Source: Eledone cirrhosa (lineage: Eukaryota). From it: DNA of 64,000 nt. Shown here in pieces: positions 14,223-30,003 of the stretch. Positions within the stretch are counted from its first letter, which is position 1. The number at the start of each line of letters is the position of its first letter. The position numbers and the translations under genes are program-made. Location of the stretch: the NCBI GenBank assembly GCA_964016885.1, contig OZ024742.1:336660001-336724000 (forward strand), in the 5' to 3' direction. The notes under the pieces were generated by a model. It saw only the letters and a list, made by a program, of their open reading frames with translations. It ran no database searches and was not told the DNA's origin.

Positions 14223-14678
14223 GGAAAGTTATATTTAAATTGTTGGGTTACAACTAGTAAATATTTATAACTGATATAAAAGCACTCGACAAGTATTTGG
14301 AGTATATTTACGATATTAAATAAATGGAGACTATATTTATAAAACCATATTTATTTCATTATATATATTTCAGGGATATCATATTAACAATATGCTATGC
14401 CTTCCTCAGACAAAATACAATATAAACAGTTTTATAGATAAATAGATTTGACATACCGTACAACATCGACTTGTATTTGAAAAGTTGAATTGACTGCCAA
14501 TTCAACTTTTCAAATACAAGTCGATGTTGTACGGTATGTCAAATCTATTTATCTATAAAACTGTTTATATTGTATTTTGTCTGAGGAAGGCATAGCATAT
14601 TGTTAATATGATATCCCTGAAATATATATAATGAAATAAATATGGTTTTATAAATATAGTCTCCATTTATTTAATATC

Positions 14679-14681
<3 letters not shown>
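14222..14681. mobile_element. Near-perfect fold-back mini-PLE (family A) with two HHRs
   Basis: About 184-bp arms 14309-14492 and 14498-14681 with a 5-nt spacer; tail 14222-14308; HHR 14573-14638 (CTGAGGA) and its mirror copy. Confidence 0.9.
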
Positions 14682-14753
<72 letters not shown>

Positions 14754-14810
14754 CCGGAGTATCGCTAAAAAGCTTTCTCCGATATTGTATTTATATATAT
14801 ATATATTTTA

Positions 14811-15199
<389 letters not shown>

Positions 15200-15205
15200 A
15201 TATAT

Positions 15206-15287
15206 ATAGTGACGAAGCATAAGTTAATTGCATGAACTCATAATCCTTTATTATGAGTTCATACATTGACTTATGTTTCGTCACTAT
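15206..15287. repeat. Imperfect terminal hairpin, probable PLE end
   Basis: ATAGTGACGAAGCATAAGTTAAT...ATTGACTTATGTTTCGTCACTAT abuts (AT)n; minus strand carries an HHR-like GAAACATAAGTC half. Confidence 0.5.
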
Positions 15288-15777
15288 TATAACTCCGGAA
15301 CTTATATCTTCGTTGAGTGCTCCCTATCCGCATACTGGATTTTACCAACACTTTCTTGCTTATATATATATATATATACCACTACCTCCGCCACCATCTC
15401 TCTTTCTTTCTCTCTATTTATCGCACAAATAATATATTGCCATCACTTATCTACAACACGACAGACTTTTTACACCAGAGATACACCACCTTTAATAAAA
15501 CAGATTTGTTATATAATGACCCAAATGTAGAACTACTAGACAAAAGTATATGGCGATAAACTCATAAATCCCATTCATAGGCACTGAACTCTTGGTGGAG
15601 CCTTGTGCGCCGCCGTGTTATATTGTGTGTTTTGGGTATTTAAATCTGATAGAGCCCTTAACCTTAACACTAAACCTAACCTAACCCTAAACGTTTCTCG
15701 ACCCTAATCTTGATTTATTCAAGAGAAGAAAGAAACGCATAAAGAGAGAGAAAGAGAAAGGAGGAGAATTTACCACG

Positions 15778-16680
15778 TTACATTATTGTTATTATATTTA
15801 TCGGTCTGGAAAGGATGTAAATGAAAGGTACCTCGGCCAGATTTGAGGTGGCTTTCCCTATCTTATGTCTAGCCCTATCTAAGCTATTCCATGATTTGCT
15901 CCTGTATAATGGGCAAATTCCTTTCATGTCCAGTTCTATGAGGGTCTTATGCTTTTCCATGGCTCCTTCGTATACTCTGACTCTGTCTCTTTGGTTGTAG
16001 CCAGAGAACTGCATGCGGTTGATGAAGTGTTGGATGTGTCCTTCCATTTCTGTTGGGTCGCACATGCGGGACACATTCTTCATCACTCGTACCAAATCTG
16101 CGATCAGAATATTAAACTTAGCACTACTGGACATTGCTGAGTTTTTGAGTATCAGGTATTTGGAGGCCATGGGTTTAGCATAGTGTGAGTGGAGAATTTG
16201 GGCTCTCTTGTCTATAGTGTTAATCAAGAGTTCTGTGTCTAATACAGGTAGTCTATTGTTAGGGTGTTTGGAAGGGAAGTCTATAGTTACAGTTATACTC
16301 TGGTGTATGGAATTAGCTATCTGCTGGATGCTTTCCATCGTGCTACGTTCTAAATCAAACTTGTTAGTGCTCTCTAGTGGGGGTGCTCTTATAACTATAT
16401 TGATATCGTCTACATAACGAGAGTACATGATAAGGTCTATGGAGCTTTCATTAAGGAGATCTTTAAGTCTCCTTTCCCACCATACCATGAAAAGGTTGGC
16501 AACATCACCAGCTATGCTGACGCCGATGGCTGCTCCCTCATTTTGGGTGTAGATTTTCTCGTTGAACTTAAATATGTGGCCCTTTAGGGTAGTTTTGATA
16601 CTAGCCCCTATTGCATGTGCGAGCATTTTTCTTACCTGATCATTGTTTTGGGGGGGTCCGTATAGCTTTGGTCCACCCAA
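15778..16680 (-). pseudogene. PLE reverse transcriptase core and thumb fragment (second lineage)
   Basis: GAAIGVSIAGDVANLFM...YSRYVDDI...LPVLDTEL...YAKPMAS...RMQFSGY...CPLYRSKSW; same lineage as the ORF at 22717. Confidence 0.9.
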
Positions 16681-16692
16681 TCCACCTTCCCA

Positions 16693-16738
<46 letters not shown>

Positions 16739-16757
16739 TATAAAGGTTTACATATAT

Positions 16758-16867
16758 AATTGTTTCTACTTTAGGCACAAGGCCAGCAATTACTCAGTAC
16801 ATTACTGGTACTTTATTTTATCGACCCCGTAAGGATGAAAGGCAAAGTTAACCTCGGCGGGATTTGA
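16758..16867 (-). mobile_element. SINE fragment
   Basis: Reverse complement of the SINE core (CTGGTACTTTATTTTATCGACCCCGTAAGGATGAAAGGC). Confidence 0.75.
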
Positions 16868-17069
16868 GGTTAACATATATAATGTTCGATAAACACTCCA
16901 TCGTAGCCGCCGCGAAGGGGCTGCTTTCGGTTATTTGTCGGAGATTTCTTCATAGGAGCCTTTATTCTTATAGCTTGGTCGAATTGATTTTCTATATGGT
17001 TAATTATGCTAATTGGGAGAGGAAATGGTATATATTATATCTAGTGATTCTAAAGACATGTTTTATGAT

Positions 17070-17860
<791 letters not shown>

Positions 17861-18079
17861 ATATATATATATATGAAAACAGGGAGAAAGAGACAATTAT
17901 TAGGAAGAAAAAAATTTTTTTTTCCCCTTTTTATTTATTTCTCTCTTTTTTCTGGGTTAGAAAATGATTAAAACGAAATATTTTACTTTGTGTGAAGTGT
18001 TAAGGTAGTAGTTGATTTATTTATTAATTAACAATGGCATTTATTTATCTATTTATATATTTAATAATTGTCTATTACC

Positions 18080-18118
<39 letters not shown>

Positions 18119-18160
18119 GAGGGAGCGTGTGAGTGTGTGTATGTATATTATATAGATAGA

Positions 18161-19366
18161 TTTCTTTATTTACCATAAAGGCATAAAAAGAAGGGACAAA
18201 TACAAAGGGGGAGTTTACATATAATCGAGTAAAAAGGGTGTAACATGAAAATAATCGAAAATAACCTCAAAAGGGAGGGGACGTGATGGGGGTTGCACAC
18301 ACCCCCGAAAAAGTGTGCAATCCTTTGCCCGGGGAGCACATGGAGAAGGTGCTCCCCTCTCCTTTACTTCTTTACCTACAGGATGGTATACAGAGAAGGC
18401 CCATTTACACGAGCCATTCTCGCCACTATCACCCACCTTTCATAAAACTGCCTGTGGCCAAGCACCTCTCTCTCCATTCTTATCCTTCTTCCGAAGTGAT
18501 ATCGGAAGAAGTAGACCAGACTATGGCCAGAGAGGAAGTTGCCTGACCTCAGACCTTTCAATCGTGTCCACCAAACAACCTCTTTCAACATGGCTATTAC
18601 GCACAGAAAAACCGCCTTTGCTTCCTTTGTGAAGAGGGGAGGCGGTTTGATTGTCATCACGGACTCGGCGGTCAATTTAATCGGCGCCACCCGCGACAGC
18701 AGTTGTTCGGCGTAGCCCCACAGATCAGCCACGCCCGGACATTGCACCAATGCGTGCGCTACGGTTTCTTCGTGACGCACGCATCTAGGGCAAATCTTTT
18801 TTGAGGGATCCCTGCCCGGGCGCCCGTGTCTGTAGAGCCTCTCTCGAACGGGTAGAGCCCCTCGGTAGCACTGCCAGGCCAGTGACTTCTGGAAGTTGTC
18901 CATTGGTCCTGGGCCGAAAGTCCTACCGAACAGGCTGGCCAGTTCGTCTTCTTCCATGTCCAGCGACTCTCCAAGGGTGTCATCGCCCCTGCTAGCCACC
19001 AGCCCTCTATAGAATGATGAGGTGGATTCTCCACCGATGGCCCGGCCCGCTTGCCAGAGAGCCCTGAGCGCCTGAGCACACTCAGTGTGCCAGTCTCCCA
19101 GTTTTCCGGATCTTTGCTTGACCCAGGACTGTAGCTCGGTGAGTGAGACGAGTCTCGGAAAGGCTCGTTTCACGAACGGAGCCCACACCGGTTGACCAGT
19201 GAGGAATACCTGTAGGTGCCGCAGCCTTAATGCGTGCCTACGCATCATCAACCACGGCATCCCCAGCCCTCCTTTCGAAGGTTGTTGGCAGCAGATGGAT
19301 CTTCTCACCATAGGAGGACGCTTCTTCCAAAGAAATTGGAAGAGCATGCGTTCCATGGTGGTGAGT
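18161..19366 (-). mobile_element. 5'-truncated Tx1/L1-clade LINE (ORF2 C-terminus with zf-RVT, ORF 18376-19366)
   Basis: FLWKKRPPMVRRSICCQQPSKGGLGMP...W...LPVRERL...CPRC...ETVAHALVQCP...W; AATAAA at the 3' end; GATA-type repeats at both junctions. Confidence 0.9.
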
Positions 19367-20041
19367 GGATAGATAAATAGATAAATAGATAGATATACAT
19401 GTAGTGACGTCATTACACAGCATTCCTCCCCCAACCACCCAGCCACCCTACTGTGCTACAAGACAACGACCATCAGAACATCTGAACAACCCCCTTCACC
19501 CCCACGGACACACACAATTCCGTGTTCCAACTTGACTTTCCAACCTTCTCGACCTTTCGACTTTTGGTGACATTTGGCAACCTTTGTTGACCTCTATGTG
19601 TGTTGAGAAACAGCAATGATAACAAAAGATTAAGATGGATATTTATTTTATAGAAAGGGAAATGGTGAGGAAAGGGGGAAAGAGAAACAAAACGGAATCC
19701 ACAACGCCTCTTTCTCCTTGTTAAAGGATGCATCCTTGTCGTCTGTTTTATGTGGTGCCTCATTGTCATCCGTGTTAAGAGTCGCCATGTTTACTATGTT
19801 TGAAGTAGGAGGGTTAGTTTTGTTTCTACTTGGTCAAGCGATAAAGCGATCCAAATATACAGTTACATTGCCACTATCTTCATCACAACCACCATCCTTA
19901 TACTCATCAACATCATCACCATCATCGTCCTTATCTTCCGCCTCGTCATCATCATTATATGTGGGATCTAATCTATAACATATATTTAGTATACAGTGTT
20001 CAGTCTTCTCCATAATTCTCAGCTTACCTTTATCTCTCTAG

Positions 20042-20311
20042 GTTTGTCCCTAACATTATAAAGCTAGTATATAGTCCTCGAACGTCTTCATAATTCTTAA
20101 ACCACAATAGTTAACTTGAAACATGATTAATCTATATAATATGATATGGTTATTATAATCATTGAACTTCAACGTAATTCTCACAACGCCATGTTTACCT
20201 TGGAATGCAATCCAGAATAAGAATATTAGAATCATATAGTTTTCGTCAAAGTCTATGAAACACAATCTCAGTAAATCAACAGAAGATGATGGAATGCTTT
20301 ACGATGTCCAG
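20042..20311 (+). other. Candidate host exon (UTR or lncRNA; possible ATG at 20255)
   Basis: Pyrimidine tract plus CTAG acceptor at 20041 and CAG|GTAAGA donor at 20311 in non-repetitive-looking DNA; MKHNLSKSTEDDGMLYDVQ is open to the donor. No homology recognised. Confidence 0.25.
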
Positions 20312-20668
20312 GTAAGATTTCTCTTATTTTATCTATAACCTTCCTTTATTTTGTATTTTTCTAATTGGTGAGTTGTGTCAGTCGATGCCTCTCACTTGTC
20401 ATATTTCTATGTTTTGTGGGAAAACACAAAAATGAAGGGTGGAATTTTTTTCATTTCCTATGTCAACTAGCGTATACTATGTGTTATTGCTTTATTCGAT
20501 CTATCTCGTTGAGAGGAGGGGGTTGAAGCAAAGATTTGTTTATCACTTGTTCCTATACATCATAAACATTTAATATGCATTAGCTAAGTAATCTTCATGC
20601 GTCTGTAAAAAAACATACTAAATATTTGAGCAAATAAGTATGTTCATATATTCATATATATATAAAAA

Positions 20669-20741
<73 letters not shown>

Positions 20742-20762
20742 CATATGTGTGTGTATATATAC

Positions 20763-20818
<56 letters not shown>

Positions 20819-20824
<6 letters not shown>

Positions 20825-21307
20825 CGTCCCTTCACGCACAAAGCGCCAAGGTACGCATGTATTGTCCAACCAAGTGCCAATGTGGTTCAATGGCGGGTTA
20901 ATAGATTAACGAGCCAGAACAAATATAAACAAGGTTTAGTAAATAATGAAAAAGTTTCAAAATAAATTTTAAAAAATTGACTTTACCTACTATAGTAATA
21001 GCGGTGGTTAGTTCGACCTACCTCCTTTTGCCTCTATCTTTGCTACGGCCCTTGATAAACCTGTTCTACATCATCCACTCTCATCCCAGGAACAGTTTTT
21101 GATAGCGCTAGTTTGTGATTTAAATTCAGGAATTTTATATTCTTTGAATGAAAAGAACCTTCTGACGAGAATCTCTCTTTGCAACGAAGGCCGTATGGTC
21201 TCCGTTTTATTTTGGGGATTCGAAACCGACCGGTAAAGGTAACTATAGTAGGTAAAGTCAATTTTTTAAAATTTATTTTGAAATTTTTCATTATTTACTA
21301 AACCTTG

Positions 21308-21311
<4 letters not shown>
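20819..21311. mobile_element. Fold-back mini-PLE (family B) with an HHR at 21157-21240
   Basis: 20926-20996 is the inverse of 21241-21311; tail 20819-20925 resembles the tail of the 12313 element. Confidence 0.85.
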
Positions 21312-22157
<846 letters not shown>

Positions 22158-23484
22158 TTCGTTTCTGAATTTGTTTAGCAAGATTCTTTATCTGAAATCG
22201 TGTGTTGAAACCGATATTGTTATACTTTGGGAGGGTCATGTTGCCAATAAGAAACACACGCACCAGTTGCTTTCACTTCAATTTAATTTAATATATATTT
22301 ATAAATTTACAAATTTATAAATTTCTGGTTGGTTGGTTGGTTCCACAACCAGATAGTTGTTTATATATATATATAGTCATAGTTCTTTCGTCACACACTC
22401 TGTGACCTCTTCAGTGACTGGGGATTTCTTTCTTCGTTTCTGTGCCTTTCCTTTCTTCTATCCTACGCCATTTTGTTTGTGTGTGGGTTGCGTGCTCAGT
22501 TTGCGCATGCGCCACATCCGGGTGTCTGTGTGTGTTTGTGTTCATTTTTCTATTTTTCTATTTATATTTGTTTGTTTATTTATTTATTTATTGTTGGTTG
22601 GTTGTTTGTTCTATGTGTGTGTGTGTTTTCATTTTGTCTTGTGTGTGTTTTCATTTTGTGTGTGTTTTCAATTGTAAGTTGTTTGTTCTGTGTGTGTGTG
22701 TGTTTTCATTTTGTCCTTAATTGTAAGTTGTGATGTTGCTGTTCCACTCATATTTTCTATTTAATTTTGGTTTTAATTCTTTTATGCTTACTGCCTCTGT
22801 AATTTGCCTAAACATTGCGTCTTTCTTGTGTGTGGATTCTATTTTTATTTCTATGCTCTCTAATTTACCCCTGTGTTCTATCTTAGCATGTTGGTAGAGC
22901 ACAGATGATTCTTTACTATCTTGGAGGTCTCGCCAGTGTTCATTTATTCGTTCCCCTATACTACGAGCTGTCTCACCTATGTACACTATATTTTTGTTTC
23001 TACATTGTCCTTCAGTACATCTTATGCTATATACTACATTTCTAGTTTTACAGTTAATATGGGGGCTTATTTTACAGGTTATACATTTCTTATCTATACA
23101 TGAGGGTCTTTGGAACGGGTATGTCTTGCTAATAAGTGTTTTTACGGAGGTACCAGGTCTTTCTACTATCTTAATATTGAGATTATGTTTCTTTAGGGCC
23201 CTTCTAAATTTGTAGGCTAGTTCGCCTCTAGGGGTTGTATTGATGAACATTACACTCTGGTATTTATTGCTATCATACCATGAGTTTATTCTATTGGCCT
23301 TGTTCTTAGTTCTTTCTATTCTATTCCAAAATTTGCTCCTATACAAGGGGCAGGTCCCATTTATGTCATTATTTACCATTTTTTCCCATTTGGTTCTGGC
23401 TCCTTTATACACTCTGATTCTATCTCTCTGATTGTAGCCAGAGACCCTTATTGGCAACATGACCCTCCCAAAGTATAACAATAT
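22158..23484 (-). mobile_element. 5'-truncated PLE (family C): GIY-YIG, 3' UTR, HHR at 22376-22418 and a 37-bp inverted 5' arm
   Basis: 22214-22250 is the inverse of 23448-23484; tail 22158-22213; HHR GTCA-CTGAAGA-GGTCACA..TGTGAC-GAAA-GAAC-TA-TGAC. Confidence 0.9.
22717..23443 (-). pseudogene. PLE C-terminal GIY-YIG endonuclease with a Cys-rich linker
   Basis: CPLYRSKFW...C....C..C......CKTRNVVYSIRC...YIGETARSIGERINEH...QH...EH...RQITEAVSI...LNRKYEW. Confidence 0.9.
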
Positions 23485-23499
23485 ATATATATATTTATG

Positions 23500-23532
<33 letters not shown>

Positions 23533-23533
23533 T

Positions 23534-23689
<156 letters not shown>

Positions 23690-23741
23690 CATATATACAT
23701 ATATATATATACATATATATACATATATATATATATATATG

Positions 23742-23788
<47 letters not shown>

Positions 23789-23789
23789 G

Positions 23790-23862
<73 letters not shown>

Positions 23863-23968
23863 ATGTATATGTATATATATATATGTATATATATGTATAT
23901 ATATGTATATATATATATATGTATATGTATATATATATATGTATATATATGTATATATATGTATATAT

Positions 23969-24018
<50 letters not shown>

Positions 24019-24019
24019 G

Positions 24020-24082
<63 letters not shown>

Positions 24083-24083
24083 G

Positions 24084-24178
<95 letters not shown>

Positions 24179-24199
24179 AAGGTTTAGTAAACAATGAAA

Positions 24200-25100
24200 A
24201 ATAATGTAAATTTGATTCCGGTTATCATTTTCATTAAGTCCTGCTTAAGTCCTGCTTAAAGGTTAAACAAGGTTCAATCAATAAATCAAAGAATGAGTTT
24301 TACAATAGATTGGAAGCACTCAACAAAAATGGTTTTCCGGAGTTATTAATATTAATTCAAAATATTAACAAAATAGATATTCTTGTGATCAAGTATATTT
24401 TATTATACATATTTCAGAGGTACTGAGTTAACTTCAACAGTACATCCTCATCAGATAAAATAAGATGATGCATGACATACCCTGACATAGTAGATGGTTA
24501 AGATTCAGTCATGGTAGTGAGTAAGATATGACAAAATCCAATATTTATATACCTTAATATTGAAAATATGAGAAAAACACATAATACATACAATAGAGAG
24601 GGTACGTGTGAGAAAGTTTAAAAAATACATGGTAGCAAAATAACTGTTAAATAATTTAAATTACTGAAGAAGGAGGAAAGAAAAGAAAGGCATAGAGGAA
24701 GAAACAGATGAGGGATAATATAGTTAGTAGGAGCCTAGAAAAACAAAGGAGAGTTGATTACAGAGAGAGAGATAAAGAGGAATAACTTACACAATGTAAT
24801 ATTATAGGGAGATATTAAACTGAAACAATATTTGGGCTTAGCTTTAGGAAAATGGAAAAAACACAATTTATTGAATTATTGAAATATCTAAAAATATTTA
24901 AAAGTATTCATCAATCGGAATTTTAAATATAATTGTGTTTATTCATAGGAAGGTTAATATCAAGTCCTTAGACAACTATCCATATATACAATATATATCC
25001 AAACATATCTGGTTGACCGTTAAAAGGGAAAAGAAAATGAAAATGCTGACAAATTTTTTCCAGTGAAAAATAGTTTAATGAGGAATAAGTATAAATTAGT
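24200..25100 (-). mobile_element. PLE 3' end (ORF terminus, UTR and HHR at 24397-24461)
   Basis: Minus strand TTTTAT-CTGATGA-GGATGTACTG...CAGTACCTCT-GAAA-TATGTA-TA-ATAAAA; [12 protein letters not shown]-like ORF end near 25035-25080, also seen at 33043-33095. Confidence 0.65.
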
Positions 25101-25296
25101 AATAAGTATTGGTTAGTATTCAGTTTTAGTTTTAAGTTTTTACCGGTTGCGTATTTCTAATGCTTTTCAAAAATAATTTTGAGATCGAGCGCTCGTGATT
25201 TTTGCTCTAATCTGATTAATCGTATTAAACCAGTAGTAGAGAGAGTGAGAATTTCTGAAAAGAAATTGTTTCCAATTTTGCACCTCTTTTTTTGTA

Positions 25297-25765
25297 CTGT
25301 AGTGGTGGAGGTGCTGGTGGTGGTGGTGCCGGTGGTGGTGGTGGTGATGGTGGTGGTAGTGGTGGTGGTGATGGCGGTGGTAGTAGTGGTGGTGGTGGTA
25401 GTCGTTGTGGTGGTGGTGGTGGTGGTGGTGGTGGTGGCAGTTGTAGTGGTGATGGTAGTGGGGGTGGTAGTAATGGTGGCAATGATGGTTATGGTAGTAG
25501 TTGTGGTGGTGATGGTGGTGGTAGTAGTTGTAGTGGTGATGGTAGTGGGGGTGGGGTAGCAATGGTGGCAATGATGGTGATGGTAGTGGGGGAGGGGTGC
25601 TAATGGTGGCAATGATGGTGATGGTAGTGGGGGGGGTAGTAATGGTGGCAATGATGGTGATGGTAGTAGTTGTGGTGGTGATGGTGACAGTGGTAGTAGT
25701 TGTAGTGGTGCTGGTAGTAGTTGTGGTAGTGATGGTGACAGTGGTAGTGGAGGTAGTAGTGATGA
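25297..25765. repeat. Degenerate (GGT/GTA/GAT)n trinucleotide array
   Basis: Direct inspection; source of the poly-T/H/P/V ORFs. Confidence 0.9.
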
Positions 25766-26033
25766 CGCTGTTTACAGTTCTCTTTTCTTCCTTTGAATGA
25801 CACACGGGCGTAACTGAACGTTATGTCTTTAACACTGCACAACAGCTTTACTGTTTTTAGGAGGTCAAAGGCGTTCTAGTCATGACCGTTCTGTAATATT
25901 CAGGCATAGTGTATGTATATATTGTAGTAGAGTATGATTTGAAGGGTATCAATTTGGAACAGAGGGGAAGAATAATACTCGAAATGTAGGTATCTATCTC
26001 TCTCGTTCTCCGGTCTTATGTCTTTTCCCCTCT

Positions 26034-26072
<39 letters not shown>

Positions 26073-26087
26073 ATCATGATGATAATA

Positions 26088-26272
26088 ATTGTTTCTACAT
26101 TTGGCACAAGGCCATCAATTACCCAGTACATTACTGGTACTTTATTTTATCGGCCCCGTAAGGATGAAAGGCAAAGTAAACCTCGACGGGATTTGAACTC
26201 ATCCCGTAAAGGGACGTAACTATGCTGGAAAGCATGGCGTCCGACCCTCTACCGATACTGCCAATCCACCGC
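26088..26272 (-). mobile_element. Full-length SINE copy
   Basis: Inverse of the 11482 family; flanked by imperfect direct repeats TCATCATGATGATAATAAT / TCATTATGATAATAATAAT. Confidence 0.8.
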
Positions 26273-26899
26273 TCATTATGATAATAATAATCTTTTGTCA
26301 GTTTCGATGATGCGCGTTCAGTTGTTCGATCAACTCATGGATTAACGTGTTAATAGTTGAATATTCCACAGGCACGTGTACTTGTAACATAATTCTCAAA
26401 CCAAATCAGTGCCACACAATACGTAACAAGGTTGGACATTTGAAAAACAAGTAGAATCTATCCAACAAGTGGAATCTATACATGCCATTTCCATCTACAT
26501 AATTTCAGCCACAAGTTTTCAGTTGACCCGAGGCTATGGAAAAGATATTTGCCTCACATGCCACGCAATAAGATGGAACACGAGACTTCATAATTATAGT
26601 AAAACATTAGATATATATAAATGAAATGAAAAAAAAGAAGAAAGTGGAGAGGAGACCCGCACACGCAACCGCACGTTTTGTTTTGTTTTCTATGAGCCAA
26701 CATTACCGTGAATGATAGCGTGGCTAAGGTGCCAGAATAACCAAGCACACTCGTGGACATCATCTGATACTTCGGTATTGCTTCCACTAACAATAACAAG
26801 AACTTTGTTGTCTGCGTCACGGATCCCCTAAACATCTATAGCCCCACAGGTGAACTTCTTAACCAATCAGTCATGCTTGTGTTCACAAACACATACAGA

Positions 26900-27185
26900 C
26901 AATATTTGGCCACAAACCAAGCATCGTCGCTCGTAATGTAGGGGAGAGTAAGATAGCAAAATACCCGTACTCGACTGATTGTTTCCTTTTTGTGGTGGTC
27001 GCCGTAAAGTTCTTTGATGTCCTCTATCTTGGAACTGCCAACTGCCGTATTCCTTCCCGCCTGAAGAAGTAGCCTCATGTGTAAAGTGGCTGAGACATCG
27101 TGTATCTCTGGCTGTTCTCTGTGGCAATGTTTTTACCATTTTGTCCGCGGAATGGTGTTGCGACATATCGCCGCCTTCACCGGAA
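26900..27185. repeat. Ancient dispersed repeat of unknown class (second copy at about 35620-35885)
   Basis: Collinear shared blocks: CACAAACC, TGTTTCCTTTT, GCCTGA.GAAG, GGCTGTTCTC..TGGCAA, GTCC.CG. Confidence 0.55.
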
Positions 27186-27595
27186 TGTAGAGACTGCCAC
27201 TACCAAATCTCTTTAACTTTCGCTAATTAATTTTCTTTTTTCATTCTTTTACTTTTAAATAAACATCAAGGTACTGAATTAATGAAAGAAAAAATGTTTG
27301 ACAATCCCTCAAACTACACACTACCGTCTTTAAAATGAACTATAACTTTTTATAATGGACACGGTAGAGGCGGTTAGGGCAACCGTATTAAAAGTGTGAC
27401 AGTTGCCTCTCTCTCTCTTTTTTCCCTCCACAATAACTTAGAAAGTTATTGACGTACTGGGGATAGACGTATTGTGTTTAATGCGTTGAAACGTCCGAGA
27501 CCTCCAGCGGACAACTGAAGAAGGGATCAGTCTCTTGTTTGTGCTTTCCTTTCATTTCTAAATACACTTTATCAGTAACCACACAGCACCTTGTT

Positions 27596-27780
<185 letters not shown>

Positions 27781-28299
27781 CTGTATATATATTGTGTGTG
27801 TGTGAAAACCGAAGCTCATTACAGCTATTTTATTGGAGAAGGTAAGAAGTTTTTGATATATTCTATAATCAGTATTTTTCCTTTACAATTTTAAGGTCAA
27901 TTGCATACACAGAAATAGAGAGGATTTTTAAAAAATGTTATTTATTCGATATAAAAATTAAATGATAGTGTTGTAGTTGTGTGTGGGCCCCTTTACCTCT
28001 TCTTTGCAACCAATATTTTTAGACCCAGTCCGCCAATGTATATATATGCTGTGTTCGAGGCTGGTTTAGCATTACTGAAAGTAACTGCGGAGACTGCATC
28101 TTGCTTACAGTAACGAATACTGCACAAGTAGTCGCCACTAGCGTTCTTGATTAAGTTTATCAAGGACTTCTTCATGAAATCGTTGAATATGTTCAATATA
28201 ATATTGTATAAGTGCTTCTGCAACTGGATCTAGATGCCACTTGTAGAAGAAATGTATACTAAATAAATAACTCTTTGAGCGTTTCGGAAAGAACATGTT

Positions 28300-28460
28300 A
28301 ACATAAGGTTTCAGTTTATCCATGTTCTTGTGATACAGTATTCATTAGATCATGCAATAAAACTGGATCTTGTTAAAGGTCTATCACCAAACAAACATTA
28401 AATTACGTCAAAATTCACCACAATTTGTTCCTTCGATTAGGACAATGAGATTGATGAGTT
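28300..28460 (+). pseudogene. Possible hAT transposase C-terminal remnant
   Basis: TGSC*RSITKQTLN...LGQ* loosely resembles the hATC SxERSFSKL...MGQERL motif; highly degraded. Confidence 0.25.
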
Positions 28461-28478
28461 AATATCTGTATACAACAA

Positions 28479-29110
28479 CTACAACGGTACGCGATGAGGC
28501 CCACCCACAGCTCCGGCGGACAGAATGGAGAAGGCGTTTCCCCGGAGGACGGCAAGGGAGACGCGCTGGAAAAGCCACTCAAACTCGCGGGGCTCACACC
28601 TGTGGCTGGCCAGCTCAGCGCCTATGGTGGTGAGTAGGGAGGTAGCCCTGGGGCCGAGGACACCAGAAGTCTCCACTGCCAAGGGTACGACCGCAAACCT
28701 GTCGGAGAGCGACCGGTATTTGAGGAGTTTGGCCCCCTCAGCCCGACGTACAGCAGAACCTGGGTTAGTCGCAGACTGCACCAGGCTGCAGAAAGTGCCG
28801 GTGCAAGTGGCATCCTAGACGAGGGATTTTCCACCGCAGAACGGGAAGATGGTCATGCCATCCGGCCATTTGCCGTCCCCTCGATCCAGCTCCACCGGCT
28901 CGATCTGGGAAGGGAAGCCTGCAGCGTCCAAGCCATGCTTAATGACCTCGTTGAGGGCAGCATGGCGTGGAATGCGGCCGGCACTGTGGCGACAGGAAAG
29001 CTGGTGGAGACCCAAAGAGTCCACGGTGGAACCGCAGCAACATTGGTGTGGCTGGCAGATCCGAAGGCCGAGTCGCTCGGTTTGCTATATGTTGGTGGCG
29101 ATGTGGGGAA
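28479..29110 (-). mobile_element. CRE-like non-LTR retrotransposon 3' fragment (Zn knuckle plus restriction-like endonuclease)
   Basis: One frame: [24 protein letters not shown]...[13 protein letters not shown]...[18 protein letters not shown]...KY...F.VVPLAVETSGVLG...QRVSLAVLRGNA; single TAG at 28815-28817. Confidence 0.85.
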
Positions 29111-29121
29111 GGAGAATTTGT

Positions 29122-29198
<77 letters not shown>

Positions 29199-29371
29199 CA
29201 AATTATAAACGTAAACATGTAAGTATGTTTTGAAACGGTGCGCGAGTTTGAAATTAGAAATTAGAAATTTGGCAACACTCATCTTTTTCCATTTCTCTGA
29301 GGGTTATAAACCCCACTATCAGGCTAGAAATTTCTTTAGTCTAAAATACGGTGAAAGCTTATAATTTCTAA

Positions 29372-29463
<92 letters not shown>

Positions 29464-29518
29464 GTACATATGCGTGTGTCTGTATTTATGTGTTTTTATA
29501 AGTTTACATATGTATATA

Positions 29519-29902
29519 TCTTCTATCTTCTATATATATAAAAGCGAGGATGTGTGTGTGTCTGTGTAGAACTTTGGATACCTAAGGCTTTTACAATTAC
29601 CAGCCGAATTTGACCAAATTTTCTGTGCACGTTGCACAGGTCGCTAAGATGGTCACATCACAAAAATCGCCCCACGTTGAGCAATACAAAATCGATATCA
29701 AAATTATCGGTAGCAAAATTGATGTAAGGGAGATGACCAACTTTATTGACAATCCTTATAAAAAAAAGGGAAATAACCAACTTTATTGACAGAAATATAA
29801 ACATCAGATTCATTTGAAGATAAATACCTAATATTATCGTTTGTTTCTTGTTTATTCTTTGTTGCATTTCAAACCCCGGGCAACGCCGGGTAAATCTGCT
29901 AG
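29519..29902 (+). mobile_element. Non-autonomous Helitron
   Basis: 5' TCTTCTATCTTCTATATATATAAAAG; 3' hairpin CCCGG-GCAACG-CCGGG followed by CTAG|T, similar to the end at 6138-6166. Confidence 0.8.
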
Positions 29903-29921
29903 TATATATATATATATATAT

Positions 29922-30003
<82 letters not shown>

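Noticed and set aside
15656-15707. Telomere-like CCCTAA motifs
   Set aside because: Only a few degenerate units, internal to a repeat; not a telomeric array.
25157-25842. Poly-Thr/His/Pro/Gly ORFs
   Set aside because: Degenerate trinucleotide microsatellite, open in most frames.
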